NCBI GenBank assembly: GCA_944350015.1
Contig: CALVNW010000003.1
Span: forward strand, 38,907 to 102,906
Direction: 5' to 3'
From: an uncultured Clostridia bacterium
Lineage (GTDB): Bacteria > Bacillota > Clostridia > Christensenellales > UBA1242
DNA length: 64,000 nt
The translations under genes were made by a program, and so were the position numbers. Of the stretch, positions 20,840 through 28,158 are shown piece after piece. The notes below the pieces were generated by a model. The model was not told the origin of the DNA. It saw only the letters and a program-made list of their open reading frames with translations, and searched no databases. How positions within the stretch are numbered: the first letter of the stretch is position 1; the number at the start of each line of letters is the position of its first letter.

Positions 20840-21613
20840 TTAAATATCTTTTACAACTTCAAGCTCTATTCCTATAACGCCATATTTCTCTTGCTCTGCC
20901 TTCGCATAATATTTTCCCATATCACTAGGACGAGCTATCTCATCCTTTTTATAACCTAATTTCACCTTGTCAAACGCCTTATAGAGAGAAGCAAAGCTGT
21001 CAAACTTGTAAATATTTTTTATTTTGCACCATAGCCTCTCACCATCCTTGACATTTAAAAAGATGATATAGTCTCCTATCTTTAATTTTTGTCTCTTTTC
21101 ATCATTTAGGCGCATTTCAATGGTTTTGTAGCCATTCTTTATCGCTTGAAAAGGGCTATCTTGCAATTTCATACTGTGTTTTTTGCAATTTTCTGGGTAA
21201 AGATGGCTATTTTTAAACCATTTGTACATACCATCCATATTTTCGGGAGAGTGCTTTAGCCCAAACTTTTTGTAAAACTCAATGTTGCCAGGTGTTGGCG
21301 TAAGCTCTAGTATGAACTCATCTCGCTCGTCAACAAAAGCTTGGATTTGACTTAAAAGGTCTTCCATTACAACTCTGCCGTATCCCTTCTTTTGCATCTC
21401 GGGATGGACAATAACGTCACAAAGGATGCCGTGCACAGCAAAGTCGCCTACAACTCGCGCCATTGCGACAACCTCTTCGCCTTCTCGTGCCGTAGATACA
21501 AACATCGTATTTTTAAGTGCAATCTCTATCTGCGCGTCGCTCAGTATCTTCCAGCCCACCGCAATATGCAGGCGTTGAAAGTCTTCTACCGATATTTTTC
21601 TTTCTACTTTCAT
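20840..21613 (-). CDS. GNAT N-acetyltransferase fused to an ASCH domain
   Basis: GNAT core (..VIVHPEMQKKGYGRVVMEDLL..) followed by an ASCH-like C-terminus (..AIKNGYKTIEMRLNDEKRQKLKIGDYIIF..). GGAGAAATT lies before the internal ATG at 21613. Confidence 0.8.
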   Translation of the reverse strand: MKVERKISVEDFQRLHIAVGWKILSDAQIEIALKNTMFVSTAREGEEVVAMARVVGDFAVHGILCDVIVHPEMQKKGYGRVVMEDLLSQIQAFVDERDEFILELTPTPGNIEFYKKFGLKHSPENMDGMYKWFKNSHLYPENCKKHSMKLQDSPFQAIKNGYKTIEMRLNDEKRQKLKIGDYIIFLNVKDGERLWCKIKNIYKFDSFASLYKAFDKVKLGYKKDEIARPSDMGKYYAKAEQEKYGVIGIELEVVKDI

Positions 21614-21733
21614 AATTTCTCCTTTTATCATTAAATTTATTGAAATTTTTAAAAATTTTTGCATAAAATGCTTTTTATTTAGTGCCAATCAATATTTTTT
21701 AAATTTTTTCACTGATGAAAACAAGCCAAAATA

Positions 21734-22585
21734 TCAATTAAAATCTGGGATATAATCTTCACTAGATGAAGATAACTCTTGAATATATCCTTGGTTTAGT
21801 CCCAATTTTCCAGCATAATCTAGGACTATTTTATATTCAAGTGGATACAGCCTTCGCTTGATTGAGGAGTATTTTGTTGGCGTGAACTGACACATTAGAC
21901 TAATTTGTGTTTTGCCAAGGCTAGCGATGTAGTCAAGCACCTTTAGGCTGTCCTTATAGCAAGAGGGGAGTACTAGGTGGCGAACAAGCAAGCCTTGCCT
22001 CATCTGCCCATCTATGATGATGTCGGGTTTTAGTTTTCTCATCGCTCTAATGCTTTCGCTCGCATAGTCAAAGTAATCCTCGGCAAGAGAGTATCTTTTA
22101 GATAGCTCGCTTGAGTAATACTTTAAATCTGGCATAAATACGTCGACAATCTCAGCAAGAGTCTCTATCATCTCCTTCTTTTCATAACCGCTACTATTCC
22201 ACACAATTGGCAAGGGTAGTTTTTTACCCCTTAGCGCCTCAAGTAAAAGTGAAGAAAAGTGAGTAGGCGTGATAAATTCAATTGCAGAGTACTTAGATAG
22301 GTCAAAGCCTGAAAGATACAAATAAAATTCATTTGGCGAGTACTCTTTTCCTTTTGCCGTTCTAGAAATTTGGTAATTTTGACAGAACTCACACTTTAAA
22401 TTGCAACCTGCGAAGAAAATAGCAAGCGTCCCTTTTTCGCCACTTATAGATGGCTCTTCCCAAGCGAAATTTTCTATCACTTTTGCAACAACAATCTTAT
22501 TATGCGCGCCACAAAAGCCTGTAGTTTTGCTTCGGTCAACTAGACAATTGCGCGGACAGTCTTGACATAAATTTTCATTTAACAT
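21734..22585 (-). CDS. radical SAM protein (PflX-like activase family)
   Basis: CNLKCEFCQN CxxxCxxC cluster motif, 283 aa. Confidence 0.8.
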   Translation of the reverse strand: MLNENLCQDCPRNCLVDRSKTTGFCGAHNKIVVAKVIENFAWEEPSISGEKGTLAIFFAGCNLKCEFCQNYQISRTAKGKEYSPNEFYLYLSGFDLSKYSAIEFITPTHFSSLLLEALRGKKLPLPIVWNSSGYEKKEMIETLAEIVDVFMPDLKYYSSELSKRYSLAEDYFDYASESIRAMRKLKPDIIIDGQMRQGLLVRHLVLPSCYKDSLKVLDYIASLGKTQISLMCQFTPTKYSSIKRRLYPLEYKIVLDYAGKLGLNQGYIQELSSSSEDYIPDFN

Positions 22586-22648
22586 AGGATAATTATAGTA
22601 AAATGATGGAATTTTTCAAAATAAATCTTAATTTTTCTTATTTTTTTG

Positions 22649-22987
22649 CTACTTTAGCACAATAATCGTTATTCCTGGGTTTGCTTTGCCCATATCTTCA
22701 TCGTTATAGATTGTTTTATCTTTATTTAAAATCTCAAGGGTCTCCTTATCAAAAATATTCCAGCGGTCACCACCAAAATAGTCTACAATGCGCTTTTGCT
22801 TTTTATAAGTACTAAGCATCTGGCGAAGTGCCACCAAGATTGCCCCGCCTCTACCGTGTGAGCCATAGCCGTGTAAAACCTTTATTGCCACCTCTCCTTC
22901 CTTAATCGCACTTTCAATCTCCATCTCAACTAGCACAAGCGCGTAGTCCACTGGGCAGTTTTCTTTTTTTAAGTCTATAAACTTCAT
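22649..22987 (-). CDS. Smr-domain protein
   Basis: VLHGYGSHGRGGAI motif typical of Smr/MutS2 C-terminal domains. Confidence 0.65.
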   Translation of the reverse strand: MKFIDLKKENCPVDYALVLVEMEIESAIKEGEVAIKVLHGYGSHGRGGAILVALRQMLSTYKKQKRIVDYFGGDRWNIFDKETLEILNKDKTIYNDEDMGKANPGITIIVLK

Positions 22988-23069
22988 TTTGTCTCCTTAA
23001 AGCAATTATATCATAGAAAGAGATAATTTTAAAATATATATTTCACAATTTATTGGCAATAATACTTTT

Positions 23070-24794
23070 ATGGATAAATTTGTTTTGCCACTCACAAATG
23101 GTGTGGGAATTTATGAGAAAAATAAGTTTTGCGTAAGCTATATAGACAGCTACGGCGATAAGAAGATAAGAGGCTGTAACGTTAAGCCCTACAATAAGGT
23201 TTTTGACCTGCCTTTTATAAGAGGTTATACTTACTTTTTTATGTCACTTTACCTCTATGTCAAAGCCTTCAAACTTCAAAGAGAGGTTGGCGACAAAAAC
23301 AAGTCTGCCAAAAATGCCGACAGCCTTGGCTTTTTATCGTCATATATAATGTTGATAGCGGGAGCTATAGTTGCCTTTTTGATAGGGCTACTTCTCTTAG
23401 GAGCACTGCCAAGCTTTGTGTTTGATAAGGTGTTTTTTGGCGCGAGTTACTACTTTAGAAGTTTTATTATAGCCCTTCTTCGAACGGCGATAGTCTACCT
23501 ACTTTTTGTGATTTTAAAATTCTGTCCTTTCACAAGCGGGCTTTATGGCTTTAATGGCGCGGGCAATCAACTTTTAAGCGGAGGCGAGGATAAGCGGGCG
23601 CGAGCATATCCCCTCAATTTTCTAAATTTTATTATAAATGTTTTTTTATTTTCGCTATTTGTGGTATCATTGATTGCAGTTAATATTGGTTTTATTGCAA
23701 ACTTTTTTATCAATCTAGCAATAATTTTATTGATTTTGCCACTTTGTTACGAGGCACTTCGAGCGATATCAAATGCAAAGCAGCCTTTTTTTAAGGGCGC
23801 GAGCCTTGTGACAAACTTTCTTGTTTGCAATAAACCGAATATCACACACGAGGAGGTCACAATGTCTGGCGCGTATGAAAATTCTAATTATGACACCTTT
23901 GACGGTGAAGAGCAAGGCAAGGTTGCTATGTCGTCACTTCTTGCCGAGATGGAAATTAAGCTTAAAAATTGCGAGCAAGTGGAAGAGAGTGATATTGACT
24001 GGATAATTGCAACAGTTTTAAATAAAAACCGCGCCGAAATCAAACTGGTGCGTTATGTAAGCCAAAAGGAGTACCGAGAAATTATCAGAGCAACAGAGAA
24101 AAGGGCTAAAGGGCAACCGCTGTCGAGTATATTTGGCTTTGTAGACTTTTATGGACTTAGACTTGACGTCAATAAAAAGGTGCTTTCACCGCGCAGTGAG
24201 ACAGAACTTCTAGTTGACGGGGCGCTCAAGAAAATTAGAGAGCAAGAACTTGTCGAGGTGCTAGACCTATGCACAGGCAGTGGCGCGATAGCAATTGCGA
24301 TTGCAAAGTTTTATCCGTGTAAAGTCAGCGCTATAGATGTCTCTAAAGGGGCGTTAGGAGTGGCGCAAAGCAATGCAAGCAAAAATGGGGTAAAGATTGA
24401 CTTTATTTTATCAGACCTATTCAAAGGATTGAAAAAAAGTAAAAAATATGATATAATTGTGTCAAATCCACCATATATAAGAAGTGGCGACATCGAAAAA
24501 CTTGATGTCGAGGTGAAAAAGTATGACCCGCGCATTGCCCTTGATGGCGGTGAAGATGGTCTTGATTTTTATAGAGAGATAACCTTAGGTGCGCCTCGTC
24601 ACCTCACTAAGAAGGGCTGGCTATATTTTGAAGTAGGGCAAGGCCAGGCAGAAAAGGTTAAAGAGATTATGCAAGATGGCGGATTCGACGATATTGAGAT
24701 AGTTAAAGATTATAATAAGATTGAAAGGATAGTTTATGGAAGAATTAGCAAGAGAGTTATTACAAAAAACAAGAAAAAGCAAAGAGAGGTATGA
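23070..24794 (+). CDS. prmC: fusion of a DUF1385-like membrane domain with release-factor glutamine methyltransferase PrmC
   Basis: N-terminal roughly 270 aa are multi-TM. The C-terminal half has the SAM motif (VLDLCTGSGAIAI) and NPPY (VSNPPYI). It overlaps prfA by 59 nt. Confidence 0.85.
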   Translation: MDKFVLPLTNGVGIYEKNKFCVSYIDSYGDKKIRGCNVKPYNKVFDLPFIRGYTYFFMSLYLYVKAFKLQREVGDKNKSAKNADSLGFLSSYIMLIAGAIVAFLIGLLLLGALPSFVFDKVFFGASYYFRSFIIALLRTAIVYLLFVILKFCPFTSGLYGFNGAGNQLLSGGEDKRARAYPLNFLNFIINVFLFSLFVVSLIAVNIGFIANFFINLAIILLILPLCYEALRAISNAKQPFFKGASLVTNFLVCNKPNITHEEVTMSGAYENSNYDTFDGEEQGKVAMSSLLAEMEIKLKNCEQVEESDIDWIIATVLNKNRAEIKLVRYVSQKEYREIIRATEKRAKGQPLSSIFGFVDFYGLRLDVNKKVLSPRSETELLVDGALKKIREQELVEVLDLCTGSGAIAIAIAKFYPCKVSAIDVSKGALGVAQSNASKNGVKIDFILSDLFKGLKKSKKYDIIVSNPPYIRSGDIEKLDVEVKKYDPRIALDGGEDGLDFYREITLGAPRHLTKKGWLYFEVGQGQAEKVKEIMQDGGFDDIEIVKDYNKIERIVYGRISKRVITKNKKKQREV

Positions 24795-25821
24795 GGAGTT
24801 AAATACTTTGGTCATTGACCCTAAAATTATTGCCGACAACAAGGAGTGGAAAAAGCTTGTCAAAGAGCGCTCAGCAATCGAAGAGGTCGCCTTTGCATAT
24901 GACAGGCTTGAAAAACTTTTAAAAGAGCTTGACGACTGCGTAAAACAGCACGATAGCGAGACCGATAGCGAGCTTCGCGCTATGTTCTATGACGAGATTG
25001 GCAGACTTAAGGGCGAAATCGAAAAGGAAGTGGAAGAGATAAAGGTTTTACTTCTTCCTAAAGATGAAAATGATGACAACAATGTAATTATTGAGATTAG
25101 ACAGGCGGCAGGCGGTGAGGAGTCGGCTCTATTTTGTAGCGTGCTTTATAGGATGTACTCTATGTATGCTGACAAGAAACACTGGAAGGTTGAAGTGACC
25201 GACCTTAATGAAACCGAGCTTGGCGGTATAAAGGAGATAACCTTTTTGGTGAAAGGCAAAGGCGCATACTCAAGACTTAAGTACGAAAGTGGTGTTCACC
25301 GCGTGCAAAGAGTGCCAGAGACCGAAAGTCAAGGGCGTATACATACCTCAACTTCAACCGTGGCAGTACTCCCTGAAGTTGAAGATGTCGATATTGAGAT
25401 AGACGAAAAGGATTTGAAGATAGACACCTATCGCTCTAGTGGCGCGGGCGGACAGCACGTCAATAAAACCGAGTCGGCGATAAGAATTACACATATACCA
25501 ACGGGAATTATTGTTGCCTGCCAAGACGAGCGCTCGCAACTTAAAAACAGAGAGAAGGCTATGAACGTTCTTCGTGCAAAGCTCTACGATTACTACCAAG
25601 GTCAAAAAGAAGCCGAGCAAAAGCAGGAGCGACGCTCTCAAGTTGGTACGGGGGACCGCTCTGAGCGCGTGAGAACATACAACTATCCTCAAGGCAGAGT
25701 TACCGACCACAGAGTCAACGTCACCTCATACAATTTGCAAGGCGTACTTGACGGAGATATAGATATATTTATCGACGCCCTTGCCATCAAAGACCGTGCA
25801 GAAAAACTTGCAAACGCCTAA
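24736..25821 (+). CDS. prfA: peptide chain release factor 1
   Basis: GGQ motif (SGAGGQHVNKT) and an RF1-type tripeptide region (RVQRVPETESQGRIHTS). Confidence 0.95.
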   Translation: MEELARELLQKTRKSKERYEELNTLVIDPKIIADNKEWKKLVKERSAIEEVAFAYDRLEKLLKELDDCVKQHDSETDSELRAMFYDEIGRLKGEIEKEVEEIKVLLLPKDENDDNNVIIEIRQAAGGEESALFCSVLYRMYSMYADKKHWKVEVTDLNETELGGIKEITFLVKGKGAYSRLKYESGVHRVQRVPETESQGRIHTSTSTVAVLPEVEDVDIEIDEKDLKIDTYRSSGAGGQHVNKTESAIRITHIPTGIIVACQDERSQLKNREKAMNVLRAKLYDYYQGQKEAEQKQERRSQVGTGDRSERVRTYNYPQGRVTDHRVNVTSYNLQGVLDGDIDIFIDALAIKDRAEKLANA

Positions 25822-25924
25822 ACGATATTATGGCAGAGTTTAATCTAGCCAAATAAAAATTCGACTTTTTTGCTGTTTTTATTGTCAAAAATGATGTTTT
25901 TATATAAAATTATTTCTTTTTATA

Positions 25925-25953
25925 TTGCACAATGGCAAAATATAGTGTATAAT
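25925..25953 (+). promoter_or_regulatory. candidate sigma-A promoter of tilS
   Basis: TTGCAC (25925-25930), 17-nt spacer, TATAAT (25948-25953). Confidence 0.5.
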
Positions 25954-25998
25954 ATCCTTACTAAAAAGTGGCTATGCCATTAATTTTAAGGAGAAAGT

Positions 25999-27327
25999 AT
26001 GCTATCTTGCGAGGAATTCATTACAAAAAACAAACTTTTTAAGCGTGGAGAGATTATAGGTGTTGGCTGTAGTGGGGGGAGCGACTCAATTGCACTTCTT
26101 CACTATCTTGCCTCAAATCAAGAGAAATTTGATATTGAGGTTGTTGCCATCCACGTTGACCACGAGATAAGAGAAAATAGCTATATTGACGCCGATTTTG
26201 TCAAAGAAAAAGCCAAAGAGCTTGGCGTGCGCTACTATAAATTCAGGGTTGATGCGCCAAAGATTGCTCGCGAGAAGGGCTTGAGCCTTGAGACCGCGGG
26301 AAGACAGGCAAGGTATGGAGTTTTCAAATCACTTTTGCAAAAAGGACTTGTCGACAAGATTGCTCTTGCTCACCATATGTCTGACCAAGCCGAAACTATC
26401 TTGATGCACATATTTAGAGGTAGTGGGGTGGCAGGCGCCAAGGGAATGAGTCCAATTAGCGACAAGGTGTATGTAAGACCATTTTTGAACACCTCAAAGG
26501 ATGACATCTATCAATATTTGGCAGAAAATCACCTTGACTACTGCGAAGATGAAACCAATGAGGATACAACCTACAACCGCAACTTTGTTCGCAATGTCAT
26601 TATGAAGAACATCTTGTCGCGCTGGCCAAATGCCATCGAAGCTATCGTCAATTTCGGACAAGCCATTGCTGATGACGACGAGTTTATCAACAAGCAAATC
26701 TACGCAGAGGCGATTATCAATGAAGACAAACTTGTGAGAATTCCGCTTTCTTACTTCTTGTTTGATAATGCCATTGTCACAAGAATTATCTTTAGGGCGG
26801 TAAAGTCCATCGGCATAACTCAGGACATCGAAAAGAGGCATATCGACCTTATTAAAAAGCTTGCTCTTAATGGCGAGAATGGTAAAAAATTGTCATTGCC
26901 TTTTGAGGCAGTTGCTATTAAGGAATATGACTACCTTACTATTATGAACAATCATAAAGAGAAGTTGAAGTTCGAGGCGCCATTCAAGTGTGGCGAGTTT
27001 GACCTTCCAAATGGTGAAAAACTCATTGTAAAACGTGTTAAAGACTATGCGTTGAAAGAGGGGCAACTTATAATTGATTATAGAAAGGTTCCTAAAGATG
27101 CTATATGGAGATTTAGACGTGAGGGCGATATGTTCACCAAGTTTGGTGGCGGGACTAAGAAACTTAAGTCATATTTGATTGACAAGAAAATCCCTGCAAG
27201 ATTGCGCGACATCTTGCCAGTGCTTGCCGATGAAAATCAAATTTACGCCATAGCAGGTGTGGAGATATCCGACCTTGCAAAAGTTGAGGGCGCCCCAACA
27301 GCCTATTTGATAGAACTAAGAGATTAG
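25999..27327 (+). CDS. tilS: tRNA(Ile)-lysidine synthase
   Basis: PP-loop motif GVGCSGGSDSIALL, 442 aa. Confidence 0.9.
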   Translation: MLSCEEFITKNKLFKRGEIIGVGCSGGSDSIALLHYLASNQEKFDIEVVAIHVDHEIRENSYIDADFVKEKAKELGVRYYKFRVDAPKIAREKGLSLETAGRQARYGVFKSLLQKGLVDKIALAHHMSDQAETILMHIFRGSGVAGAKGMSPISDKVYVRPFLNTSKDDIYQYLAENHLDYCEDETNEDTTYNRNFVRNVIMKNILSRWPNAIEAIVNFGQAIADDDEFINKQIYAEAIINEDKLVRIPLSYFLFDNAIVTRIIFRAVKSIGITQDIEKRHIDLIKKLALNGENGKKLSLPFEAVAIKEYDYLTIMNNHKEKLKFEAPFKCGEFDLPNGEKLIVKRVKDYALKEGQLIIDYRKVPKDAIWRFRREGDMFTKFGGGTKKLKSYLIDKKIPARLRDILPVLADENQIYAIAGVEISDLAKVEGAPTAYLIELRD

Positions 27328-27342
27328 AATAAAAAGAGTGTT

Positions 27343-27379
27343 AACGCCATTTAGTGAATACTGAATGGCGTTTTTTTTA
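27343..27379 (+). terminator. rho-independent terminator of tilS
   Basis: aacgccatt / aatggcgtt stem followed by T8. Confidence 0.8.
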
Positions 27380-27901
27380 TCATAGATACTAGCGTAAACT
27401 CAAAAGAAAAAGATGCTATTGATATTCACCTTTGGTTCCGCTCGTGCTGCCGCACTCGCTCTCTTCGCTCCGCTCGCGCCCGCGGGACCATAGCCCCCGC
27501 GAGGCACGTCGCTCCGCTATCTCTCCGAATAAGCGAGTAGAAAGTAGTACAATAACCTTTCTCTTATATTAATAGAAGATAGCCAACCTTAGGTTGGACC
27601 AATATCGGCAAACTTAGTTTGCATCAGTATCGTTTATTGTACCTGTAATTTTACTGTATCTTGGTCTGTCGGAGTAACCTAAAAAAGATGCTGACATCAC
27701 CTTTAATCGCCGAAAGGCGCGTATTTTAGTTGCCAAAGGCAACCAAAATACCCCTTAGAAACCCTAAAGCTTAGAAAGACCCCACATTCTTTCGAGCCTT
27801 ACGCTCGGCGATTTTAATCATCCTCATAGCAAGAAATTACGGAGAGATAAGCGCTCGTAGCATTTTTTGGTGATAATTTCGAGCGAAGTACGTCAATTTG
27901 C

Positions 27902-27965
27902 TTGACAAAAAATGCGGGGGGGGTAAAATAGGTTAGCAAAAATAAATTTTTGCTAACCTATTTTA
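27902..27965 (+). promoter_or_regulatory. P1 promoter with a G8 tract in its spacer, with the -10 embedded in a perfect palindrome (copy 1)
   Basis: TTGACA 27902-27907. 16-nt spacer ending in G8 (27916-27923). TAAAAT 27924-27929. Palindrome arms 27924-27943 and 27946-27965. Confidence 0.55.
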
Positions 27966-28064
27966 TATTTTTCATATATTTTAGTTTAATTTACTCTTAA
28001 AACAACAAATTAAAAATATTTTAAAATTTGTTATTAAATTTGACGCAATTGTGACGACACGCCT

Positions 28065-28093
28065 GTGACAAAGGGTAAATTAAAGGTTAAAAT
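28065..28093 (+). promoter_or_regulatory. P2 candidate proximal promoter (copy 1)
   Basis: GTGACA, 17-nt spacer, TAAAAT. The block is conserved in copies 1, 2 and 4. TGTGAC occurs twice (28050-28055, 28064-28069). Confidence 0.35.
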
Positions 28094-28158
28094 AGGGGTA
28101 TAAACTAGATGATTTTACACAAAGTAATATAAAAAATTAAATAAAGGAGTAAGAAAAA

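Larger units (their letters stand above)
27583..28158 (+). repeat. conserved mosaic upstream cassette, copy 1 of 4 (before LRR gene 28159)
   Basis: Blocks are shared with 45411-46042, 48381-48713 and 59072-59526. They include the ccaaccttaggttgg hairpin, a 40-nt unit (27628-27667), the cgccgaaaggcg and gttgccaaaggcaac hairpins, the cgagccttacgctcg hairpin, and the promoter/palindrome block. Confidence 0.85.

Noticed and set aside
27518-27849. An invertible-promoter switch bounded by the inverted 10-mer tatctctccg (27518-27527) and cggagagata (27840-27849)
   Set aside because: A 10-nt inverted match within about 800 nt is close to chance expectation. The P1 promoter lies outside the segment. 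The other three cassettes have no equivalent left repeat. No invertase gene is present.
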